DNA of 20,000 bases. It comes from an uncultured virus (IMG/VR IMGVR_UViG_3300037961_001397) (lineage: Duplodnaviria > Heunggongvirae > Uroviricota > Caudoviricetes). Below are positions 12,501-18,471 of the stretch, in pieces (within the stretch, counting starts at the first letter, position 1; the number at the start of each line of letters is the position of its first letter). The position numbers and the translations under genes were made by a program. The stretch lies in the IMG/VR virus record IMGVR_UViG_3300037961_001397; one strand, written 5' to 3'. The notes under the pieces were generated by a model that worked only from the letters and a program-made list of their open reading frames with translations, ran no database searches and was not told where the DNA came from.

Positions 12501-12673
12501 CAGAGATAGCAGATTTTTGGGATGCAAACATCCAAGGAAATAAAGACGCAATGAGATTGCTAAGAGCTCAAAAAATATTATCTTTAGAAGACTTTATAGG
12601 AAAATATGAAGAAGGCGTTTATGATAATACAGAACAATATTTAGACTTTATTAAGTCTTGTATATTAAAATAA
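3530..12673 (+). CDS. Giant virion-associated DNA-dependent RNA polymerase (crAss-like, single-chain two-barrel) with N-proximal zincin-like metallopeptidase domain; track ORF 3437..12673
   Basis: Catalytic motif GADFDIDK (DFDID 9881-9895) is preceded by FGVRIPSQ (9764-9778). Upstream DVADAQMY (8462-8485), SKKLVY, LKMS and SAIK are consistent with the first barrel, and ATDNAKD (10643-10657) lies downstream. HEAFH at 5492-5506 has a downstream EEYMADEF (5690-5713). Ends at TAA TAA. Confidence 0.9.
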   Translation, partial: TIPGNPSNPYIKIKRSKYVIGLRINNPDTQARVNLVLERNGIPQVDSDQNIFAYLPNQNVEMVDPQGNIIDPRNMSRDQANNTIFVSNTLSQQMSKPDILKLAQNNFALNALLVSTLDSLGITSETTAVLSANDLPFSMSIIIEGGVMDYDNSSTRSLRDLNYQSADNQGNFLVYDLKMGKDGKRTEQSITNLEGSEARALRDQVEAGLKAQGLWNQMIEGTDRYVAAVLLPNGTYGLVNLKAEQFSAEDLTGLATDLVERAQLTQKENLDDKGKEKDLAYNSEYNAQLGESLFISTIPGYTVQLQVNPFGKIQMQLFDKTSQQQVGKTVELSKDKINDTSLSVSDKMQTLIDSFNEEADIKASGVSISGKNFRNSFPDGTTVEEIISKTSTNVTPQVIKQQKLRLTADSAAIQASRDVDANTDRKVEPIARPEPTVTIAEEAEESILDLSEEEFNDYAADDFVNMPSEFMEHIVNKKLRGEELNDREKQVERIKLSEITLAVAKRGGEGSVTIETETETVEKKDSLSQVIRQLDELKAQLLEGVDGRSRNKVLRENKEYQDLLKIRKALEKEANKVLPAELSNEDIEDINAFTVWASDNLPDYIDIQDIATLGNNLKAGGVRVGAFVLGLNNIAGNVKVSGTIYTGARSPFKYHEAFHGVFRMLLSDQDIARYRSIARKEVRAKLRAEGKSFEKELQRFRNSADTYTNMSRKELENEYYEEYMADEFEKFKTNPKSTKTDASIKSLFTRILDWIRSVFSSYNKNELQTLFEKIDSGKFKGASIASNEFTAPLVEGISVEANALIPYASERSGDKVGYIYLDSDIADPMIRSIAAMFLNRTSAIEGAYNPQAVLNELMDDFAWLYSPDNPTNQNKDELQKKRLSEIELAFDNYSQEILEETVKLLNIISDQDVDQEFTVDEFQDDTGLRTTSQYDKDASLIGGFRSLSSKLRAYIATTTVASTDYFGNEELVDGEKLIVAVNFVDAYNGLLKSVKSIEDPLKILQSMYFFGQDNPQAGAVVNRILQDVGISEEELLSGASLPVELKNAPLLQSILKGFENFRVDYIFNERDSQGNIRIYSASERDDINSQLDRWSQAFISKRKQLVSNPKRKRATKNLLEDISSDLQVSEKAITNVRMENDSKKYSELLFDLVGIKLSPMYLQFSMVANRPSNKLTVKQKALVNLYAQETPLSVDDVNQLNLLLQQDQNIFATDDSGMSSRLKVMSINNAPFDETIGASVFKNPNGDLVYAHQLPTYHLKKVASLNNQVELEKIKDSDPYMDNNYLLNNSAFNKMSEENRLKVTRVAGSKVGQSLQSESDINDNISGVTSTSTYGDFTPQEFALSIINNYTALFNTKSNRVQTVESLDEEGKAIVTALAPVLIRVMEASNTGDMINLPVIKAVEFVNGEAVLTEEAVDVYVNQIRTEFSRINRESNEATLTGEEILGYNSIDGRAYKLHNTRLLLSNETKTKLEGIAVSQGKDGNPITLDESLKFAGITMTQLRKEVVDNLEIQFNEFQELITELKIKDQISKNITDGLVVAQGVSRKNTIASAKALNLNFDETHNLKQIFFNDWINSNAINEILLGDQAVSLKDSVDQVKRAKMQNASYYSAYSAVTAPELGVTHPVEDISLVTLEEPKSGNIDVADAQMYITTKAFRYMFFGFGKLSPAQAKLITDVENGIPISSDRIFGTAESPEGLAKMQAMLNSKKLVYGDGSTFLKMSAFVLTPDYTSNWDGSKWVAKPNRVALHNLRVKLEAIEDTKDTISIAAPLSAIKMKKQRINSLDDLKTDSPFSNGHTTLDARFMGLQVLNPSNKLEIVDPTQIKEIATSEQKDDVFVDGLNMTVGEIRQAYNDAVSRRVVLKYKNKRNLIFSLDTALDEFRVSKKEGAITPNLSAFLNYAVAGLKASQASSNLLEFFSTTDGVQNYNLNNPITIKKFEQLFFSYFSRGVLSERTPGVSLTLVSDFGNSVYRRVFEIDENGVPVRSEVIRQDVWERMANKPELSNIEDLTNNNIPKEGVVVLDRLRSGLMEYDAQGKPTGQRYTEMMMPAHQKEVMDLIQDTDAPIPDVVAKMFGVRIPSQDNHSTVNMKMVDFLPVYFGSSAMFAEELIEISGADFDIDKVFAQIKEFYVKDDQFIEYGKGKNVSEKYSEYVQYVNNKVEQKGTQYSEALGIYNNREGAARIQNSVDDVEQDIATDAGLSENALNALKILGLPITQKQYGEYVAKHGEPYEAPMNNDVLDYRYALMGNRGVTEGSNPISYQPATTDVLTDTLDFLASQSEVFAERVQEDNVDVDNLSGKIKAFRANKGASIGAIVLPNLYLSLLTEYNIKLNESISINGKSYNDFGRTLDDNGQRKQDTLSALITMATDNAKDRLVAKLGLNRHAMGVVANLTALGVPIQTSILLINHPVIQDLYSEALNKKDKLDPGMDTLVRNKLAEIKKEVKAEPVNDRFLLDVIDNPQDESAGELKGVLSLFSQVLRIKNYTGKMGAVTSLSKGLGKNVASIREKSTDIKSLFAQDAPMDLSPIYKGKTWQNQYLKIFYQITDDLLPATFLTASASFNSILSSVLDNMDTRGISFNEEVIESISTDLLSYLTIKAYQQNQLENDQQRVATLSNDILYPTDYESINDIINRLKGTEEGANNFFLDNFIISLRANEVDNQTGLNLANANTFRNLSAAQKVDLQSDFAKLFGSVKTKNDAMSIVNYIMVKDGLQVKYASLLEAISPFVIGNYLDQINSVEKALRGEASFESVFGMSQEELQQEFENGYLLSNVSGAKLYTFVRNEVTGSLPQGVSVKDDVVTVAWEKMGIENPPKYLRVGVTNILSGVTNYKTYGRIEESNKYEVVETMGSNQQTAIGFMFGDRPTYKSVRDYVKKKNQDTSVTDITDSIAIDETKGIQEQVLKNDNSNIEATESSVEVQLDPEAEAVNLANTAALLEQLGMDTEAQDRGEAEANVIDDVDQSLPEVSQVEEQLMLDFETEIDEQYPEIADFWDANIQGNKDAMRLLRAQKILSLEDFIGKYEEGVYDNTEQYLDFIKSCILK

Positions 12674-12679
12674 TAAGTT

Positions 12680-15600
12680 ATGGCTACGTGTTTAAATGTA
12701 AATTTACCGGAATACAAAGCACTAAAAGATGTGTATAAAACAGATGTTGATACTGCTAATGTTGTAAATAACTGGCAGAAACTCAACAATGTAGATACAT
12801 TCCCTACAGTTTTAGAAGCACAAGACTTTGTTAGTAATCAAAAACTTGCCTTTTCATTAAGACAAAGACAGTTTAGTGATGCATTGCTAAACAACTTGCG
12901 TAGAGAAAGAATTGGTCATAGTTATCAGGGTAGCTTTTATGTTAATAACTCAAACCCAACTACAAGAGAATATGATGAGATGTATTTAGCATCTAATCTA
13001 AAAAGACTCAAGAGATATCTGCAGATAAATAATATACCAGAAAATAGAGTTACACTAGAAAGAACAGCAAAAACATATAGAGTTACTGTAAATGAAGATA
13101 TGTTTTCAGCAAAAGATATGATAGAGTCTTCTAGATCATGGGATACTCCAAGAGCTAGAGCTGTTGTAATGCATCTTAAGAGAATGTTCCCACAGATAAA
13201 TGTACAAATGTTATCTGTAAGTCAGGCAAGACAAATGTATGAGGGCTTTCCTGAGTGGAAGAAAAACAATGTGCCATTTGATCAGATGAGATCTTTTTAT
13301 GTAGATGGCGTAGCATATTTAATAAAAGGAAGAGTAACTGATGAAGTAGCAATAGAAGAAATGTTACACCCTTTTGTGGATGCAATTAAAATAGATAATG
13401 AAGGGTTATTTAATAGTTTACTAGCAGAAGCAAGAAGCAACTTTCCAGAGATGGTTCAAGAAATTGAAGATTCTTATAATGAGGAGAGAAGTTTTAATGA
13501 TGTAGAAAGAGATTTAGAAATTGTAACACAGGCTTTATCTAGACACTTTAATAAAGAGTATGAGAATCAACCAACCAAAAGATTCTTAGATAGAGTTAAG
13601 GAGGTACTTGAGTGGTTTAGGAATATAATAAACAACTTAAATGAATACCTTACTGGTAGAGCTATACCTGTATCAGAGATAAATGCTAATACAAGTATGA
13701 GTGATATTGCCAAACTTCTTAATACAGAAGGAATACAATTTAAACTTGAGAGTAGAGTAAATGGTAAAGTAAGATATAGCTTAAGCCCTGAAAAGAAAAG
13801 AGTTGTTGATGCAGCTCTTGCTGAGGCAAACGGATTACAGGCAGAGATTATAGACAGACTATTTTTCCAAGCAAGATCAAGTGAGCAAGAGATTGATTCT
13901 TTATCAGCTAACTTAAATGATACGTCATCAGGTACAATTGTTACTCTTAATGAAGAAAATCATACATATGTAGATATTACTAATGGTGAAATATATACAT
14001 CAGTAACAACTGCTATCAAAGGTGAGCTTAAGAACCAAGAAGATGTTCAGCTTAATTTAGATATAGGTAATGATGTAGATGCATTGCTAGATGCTATAGT
14101 AACACATAGAAAACTAGAAGATGTTATTCCTGAGATGAAAATTCTTAGTGAAGAAACAGCTAAAGAAACTTATAACAATCTTTCTACAACTCTTGCTAAC
14201 ATAATGCCAGAGGGATCTGTTGCTTTGTCACAGGTTGTAGTATTTGATGAAGCTACAAAACTTGCAGGTACAGCAGACTTAGTAATTATAGATAAGAATG
14301 GTAAGATAAAAATAGTAGATCTTAAGACCACAAAGAATTCATTAAAAACATTGTCTTATACAGATACTATATCTGGCAGAAGACAAAAGAAGTTATATGA
14401 TAAAGAGTGGGACCTTTCAGAGGATAGCTTACTAAAACAAGCTGGTGTTGATACATTATCTACAAGAGGTCAACACAACTTACAAGTCAACTTATACAGG
14501 AGAATGTTTGAGAACATGGGTTATACTGTATATGATGGAGACTATGCTGCATCTACAATACACTTTGTAGCCGGCATTACTGGTAAGGGTAAAAATCAAA
14601 AGTTTGATGGTAACATAAAAGCAGATCAATGGGTAGATCATCCAGCTTCTCAGAATGCTCTTTATGTTGACAAGCTTGTACCAAGAATTACAGATAATGT
14701 TGAGTCAGAGAAATTAGAGAGTGCTATTGAAAATGCAGAAGATGCAATTTACAAAGGAGAAAAAGAATTCCAAGAAGATGAGTTTGTTGCAGACTCTATT
14801 GATCCAAATGAATATCCTGAATACAATACAATCTTAGGTGCTCTAGAAAACTATAGAATTGGTTTATTAGATAGGAAGAAAGCTCTTGAGCAAATTAAGA
14901 GTAGTATTTTTATGGATAGAACAAAGGAACAAACTCAAGAAAATATTGCAAGTACGTTAGCATACATAGGTATTGCAATAAGTGAGGGTCCTATTTCTAG
15001 ATCTCAAGCTTACTCTTCATTATTAAGAGATGCTTTAAAACAAGTTAGATCTTTTTCTGACTATATACAAGATCCTAAAAACTTTGGTAAGTCAGAGTAT
15101 ATTACCTATGCTCTTAACTTTGATAGATTTATTAAAACCTTTGAGGGACTTTATGCTATTGCAGACTCAAAAGAATTAAATGCTACACAAAGATCCTTAG
15201 TACTTTCTTTACAACTAGAACTAAATAAACTAAGCGGTGGTAGTACAAATCAGCCTGGATTAATAGATACAGCAATTGATAACTATGTAAAAGAGATTAT
15301 AAAAACTAGATCTGGTAGAGACTTTGGAGGAGAAGGAAGTGTATTTACCATGGAAGATTTAGATGAGCTTATGAAGATTGCTCCTGATATCAATGGTACA
15401 GAGTATATGACAAGAGATATGGCAACATCTCCTGATGTCATACTTGCACTAATGGATAAGATTTATAAGGCAAAGAAACAAGAATTACTTGACAGGATTG
15501 GTGACAGAGAAGCACTAATTAGAGCAGCTGGAGCAAAGCTTTTAAAACTATCATCAGAGAGTGATGTTGAAAAGCTTTATGATTTTATGCTTGAGAGAGA

Positions 15601-18364
15601 TTCAGAAGGAAACTTTACTGGGTTCTATACACAAAAAATAGGACAGCAGTATTATAATCTACAACAGGAACTAAGAAATGAGTTGTATGATAATGATGGA
15701 CATCCTTATGAGTATAGAGATATAAAGAATCTTGATGAGGCAAGTGAAGAAGATATAAAATACAATAAAGCATTAGCTGAAAAGAAAAGCAGACTATCAG
15801 AATTTTTTAGAGCAGAGACTAAAGATGAGAATGGTGATCTTGCTGACGGAGAATATCATAGATATACAGATGAATTCAAGGCTGAAAGAGATAAGTTTGA
15901 GTTCTGGGTTCCTGGTAGTGAGGCTAGTCCACATGGTACTTGGTATAGAAAGCCTAGAATATCAGATAGAGACTATGCAATTTATGAAGCAAAGTACTAT
16001 GACTTTATTGGATACACAAAAGCAGTTAGAGTAAATGGTCAACCTACTGGTGCTATAGTAAAAGATCAAACATTTAGATCTCCAAAGCCTGAATATAGAG
16101 AAGCAAGAGAAATAACTAGTAAAGGACAAGATATGCGTAATGCAAAGTATGTAGAGATTATGACCCCTACAGATGCATTAGGTCAAGCTAAAAAAGAATT
16201 CTATGAGTTATTTATAGACTTATATGAGAATGATTTACTTAATAAATTACCAGTGGGTGTAAGAACTCAGATGCTTGGGCGTGTGCCTTTAGTTAAAAAT
16301 AATGTTATTGATGATCTTAAAGGTAAACCAAATCTAGTTACTAAACTATATGCTAAGACTATTGGTAGTAATGCATGGAATATGTTTAAGCAAACATCTC
16401 AACAAAAGGGTGTTGTAACTGATGAGAATGGTAATATGATTAGTACTCTTCCTATCTTCTATACAGGTAGACCAAAGGTTGACGGTGAAATGGAAGTTGT
16501 AGAAAAAGAGATTAGTAATCTACAAGCAGAATATAAAAAGGGCAGAATAGTAAAAGAAAAGTATGATAAAGAGTTAGCAATACTTAATGGTAAGATGTCT
16601 AGACTTAGAGCTACACCATCTCTTGGACAGATCAGTACTGATATGACTACAAGTCTTTTGAAGTTTAGTGCTATGGCACAGAACTATGAGACTATGGGTA
16701 CCATTGAAGATACTCTTAATGCTATGATTAAAGTATTAGAGAATAGAGAGTATACTCCTGCTGATACTTCTATAGAGACAGGTAAATGGTTAGATGGTCA
16801 ATTCAAAAAAATTGGTAAGAAAAAAGGAGAGGGTGTTGAAGCAAATGTTGTAAGAAGAGCCAAGAAGTTTATGTCTATGGTTTATTATGACAATGAACTT
16901 GTATCTAAAGGCTTTTTTGATAAACTTGCTGATGGTTTAATTCAGTTATCTTCTTTGTCATATGTTGCATTTAACCCATTTGGTAACTTTAATAACTATG
17001 TTATTGGTAGAATAAACAATAATATAGAACTGCTTGGTGGTAGATTCTTCAGTAAGGCTGCATTCATGAGAGCAAGTTTAGAGTTTAATAAGAGAGCAAT
17101 ACCAGATCTAATAAAAAGAACAAGTTATAATACTACAGATCTTGCTGACATAGCAACATTGGGTGTTATACCAGGTCTAAATAAATCAGATTATGATCCA
17201 AAGAAACCAAACAGTAAGTATGAGGCATTTGTAGATCTATTTAGAATGATGGATAAGATGTCTGATATACGAGAGCAGTCTGCTTCAACTACAGGAGAAA
17301 AGAGTTGGTTTGCACGTGCTGCTGAATGGGGGTATGTTCTTCAGGATTCAGCAGAATACAATGTACAAACTAAGGTGGGTATGGCCCTTCTTATGGATAC
17401 TACAATAAAAAATAGCACAACTGGTGAGACCCTATCTTTATTTGATGCATTTGACTATGATGCCAAGACACATAAGAATGTCCTTAAAGAAGGATATGAT
17501 ACTATTGTCAGGAAGAACGGTACTGAAGTAGAGTATACAGATCAGTTTAGATATGAATTAAGAAATCAAATAAGAGAAGTTAACAAACAAATACATGGTA
17601 ACTATGCAAGAGAAGATAGAATGGTTATGCAAAGCACAACTATTGGTAATCTTGCGGCTCAGTTCCATAAGTGGGTTGCTCCAGCTATTAGAGCAAGATA
17701 CCAAAGAGAATACTTTGATGAGAACTTAGGATGGATGGAAGGTAGATATATATCATTCCTTAAGTTTTTATCTTATATGAAGAATGAAATATCTAAAGGT
17801 AACTTACAGATGAGTAGTTATGGTAAAGGTTTCTTAAAAGAGTATGGCTTCACTGGTGAAGGAGGAAACAGAGATCAGAGAGCAAAGAATAAATTGTTTG
17901 GTTTCTACAGAACTATGGGTGAGATTGGTATTATGTCATCCGTATTCTTGCTGAGTCAGATATTAAACTCAATATTAGCAGGAGAAGATGATGATGATGA
18001 GGTAACTAAGAGATTTAAAAATATGGCCAAGTATCAAGCGGATAGAACATATAAAGAACTTATTATGTTTACGCCACTACCTCCGGGGTTACAGCAACAA
18101 TTCCAGATGTTAAAATCACCTATAGCTTCTACTAGAACATTAGGTGAAATAGGTGAGGCATTATCATTAACTGTAATGACGCCTCTTGCATACATGGTAC
18201 AAAGTGAAAAAGATTTCTATGCTAACTCTGAGTATGTATACCAGAACAAGCCTAGAAAGGGAGAGCTCAAGGTTTATAAGAACTGGAAAGATGCTGTTCC
18301 TATTTTATATACTATTCAGAAGTGGGATGCTTACTTAAACATGGAAGATTTCTTTATTAAGTAA
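12680..18364 (+). CDS. Giant virion/cargo protein (1894 aa) with degenerate zincin-like domain and PD-(D/E)xK nuclease-like domain
   Basis: AIEEMLHPFVDAI (13355-13372) is followed by LEIVTQAL. The motif series HTY...YTSVTT (13961-14011), AGTADLVII...IVDLKT (14264-14329) and LQVNLY (14480-14497) matches RecB/lambda-exonuclease-type nucleases. Adjacent to the RNAP gene, like the large crAss-like virion proteins. Confidence 0.8.
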   Translation: MATCLNVNLPEYKALKDVYKTDVDTANVVNNWQKLNNVDTFPTVLEAQDFVSNQKLAFSLRQRQFSDALLNNLRRERIGHSYQGSFYVNNSNPTTREYDEMYLASNLKRLKRYLQINNIPENRVTLERTAKTYRVTVNEDMFSAKDMIESSRSWDTPRARAVVMHLKRMFPQINVQMLSVSQARQMYEGFPEWKKNNVPFDQMRSFYVDGVAYLIKGRVTDEVAIEEMLHPFVDAIKIDNEGLFNSLLAEARSNFPEMVQEIEDSYNEERSFNDVERDLEIVTQALSRHFNKEYENQPTKRFLDRVKEVLEWFRNIINNLNEYLTGRAIPVSEINANTSMSDIAKLLNTEGIQFKLESRVNGKVRYSLSPEKKRVVDAALAEANGLQAEIIDRLFFQARSSEQEIDSLSANLNDTSSGTIVTLNEENHTYVDITNGEIYTSVTTAIKGELKNQEDVQLNLDIGNDVDALLDAIVTHRKLEDVIPEMKILSEETAKETYNNLSTTLANIMPEGSVALSQVVVFDEATKLAGTADLVIIDKNGKIKIVDLKTTKNSLKTLSYTDTISGRRQKKLYDKEWDLSEDSLLKQAGVDTLSTRGQHNLQVNLYRRMFENMGYTVYDGDYAASTIHFVAGITGKGKNQKFDGNIKADQWVDHPASQNALYVDKLVPRITDNVESEKLESAIENAEDAIYKGEKEFQEDEFVADSIDPNEYPEYNTILGALENYRIGLLDRKKALEQIKSSIFMDRTKEQTQENIASTLAYIGIAISEGPISRSQAYSSLLRDALKQVRSFSDYIQDPKNFGKSEYITYALNFDRFIKTFEGLYAIADSKELNATQRSLVLSLQLELNKLSGGSTNQPGLIDTAIDNYVKEIIKTRSGRDFGGEGSVFTMEDLDELMKIAPDINGTEYMTRDMATSPDVILALMDKIYKAKKQELLDRIGDREALIRAAGAKLLKLSSESDVEKLYDFMLERDSEGNFTGFYTQKIGQQYYNLQQELRNELYDNDGHPYEYRDIKNLDEASEEDIKYNKALAEKKSRLSEFFRAETKDENGDLADGEYHRYTDEFKAERDKFEFWVPGSEASPHGTWYRKPRISDRDYAIYEAKYYDFIGYTKAVRVNGQPTGAIVKDQTFRSPKPEYREAREITSKGQDMRNAKYVEIMTPTDALGQAKKEFYELFIDLYENDLLNKLPVGVRTQMLGRVPLVKNNVIDDLKGKPNLVTKLYAKTIGSNAWNMFKQTSQQKGVVTDENGNMISTLPIFYTGRPKVDGEMEVVEKEISNLQAEYKKGRIVKEKYDKELAILNGKMSRLRATPSLGQISTDMTTSLLKFSAMAQNYETMGTIEDTLNAMIKVLENREYTPADTSIETGKWLDGQFKKIGKKKGEGVEANVVRRAKKFMSMVYYDNELVSKGFFDKLADGLIQLSSLSYVAFNPFGNFNNYVIGRINNNIELLGGRFFSKAAFMRASLEFNKRAIPDLIKRTSYNTTDLADIATLGVIPGLNKSDYDPKKPNSKYEAFVDLFRMMDKMSDIREQSASTTGEKSWFARAAEWGYVLQDSAEYNVQTKVGMALLMDTTIKNSTTGETLSLFDAFDYDAKTHKNVLKEGYDTIVRKNGTEVEYTDQFRYELRNQIREVNKQIHGNYAREDRMVMQSTTIGNLAAQFHKWVAPAIRARYQREYFDENLGWMEGRYISFLKFLSYMKNEISKGNLQMSSYGKGFLKEYGFTGEGGNRDQRAKNKLFGFYRTMGEIGIMSSVFLLSQILNSILAGEDDDDEVTKRFKNMAKYQADRTYKELIMFTPLPPGLQQQFQMLKSPIASTRTLGEIGEALSLTVMTPLAYMVQSEKDFYANSEYVYQNKPRKGELKVYKNWKDAVPILYTIQKWDAYLNMEDFFIK

Positions 18365-18395
18365 GTTTAAACAAGACAAATTTTCATTAAAAAGA

Positions 18396-18434
18396 TTTGT
18401 ACACACCAACAAGAATGGTTATATTATTATATAG
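18396..18434 (+). promoter_or_regulatory. Candidate promoter upstream of the membrane-protein genes
   Basis: TTTG (18396-18399), a 20-nt spacer, then TATATTAT (18420-18427). This resembles the Bacteroidota -33 TTTG / -7 TAnnTTTG geometry with a mismatched -7 box. It lies in the only sizeable intergenic region. Confidence 0.4.
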
Positions 18435-18446
18435 ACCAACAAGAAT
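18405..18446 (+). repeat. 12-bp perfect direct repeat ACCAACAAGAAT x2, 30-bp period
   Basis: Copies at 18405-18416 and 18435-18446; partial AACAAGA at 18370-18376. Confidence 0.85.
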
Positions 18447-18471
18447 TTAGATTAATTATTAAACTTTAAAT

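Noticed and set aside
3530..12673. Cellular rpoB/rpoC, or an intein/intron in the RNAP
   Set aside because: The motif is DFDID rather than NADFDGD and there is no ribosomal-protein operon context. No intein-like or LAGLIDADG/HNH motifs were noticed, and the frame is uninterrupted.
12671..12679. Stop-codon readthrough joining the two giant proteins
   Set aside because: Tandem TAA TAA is a strong stop; the in-frame arrangement alone is insufficient evidence.
547..13385. Short minus-strand ORFs (547-762, 1699-1959, 4369-4728, 6471-6677, 8923-9135, 9367-9573, 9942-10157, 12157-12405, 13176-13385)
   Set aside because: All lie antisense inside the giant genes, have Ser/Leu/Phe-rich shadow composition and show no recognisable motifs.
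5673..16034. Short alternate-frame plus-strand ORFs 5673-5882 and 15825-16034
   Set aside because: 69-aa off-frame ORFs nested in long genes with no independent support; expected by chance.
18405..18446. CRISPR mini-array
   Set aside because: Only two 12-bp repeats with an 18-nt spacer, too short, and no cas genes nearby.
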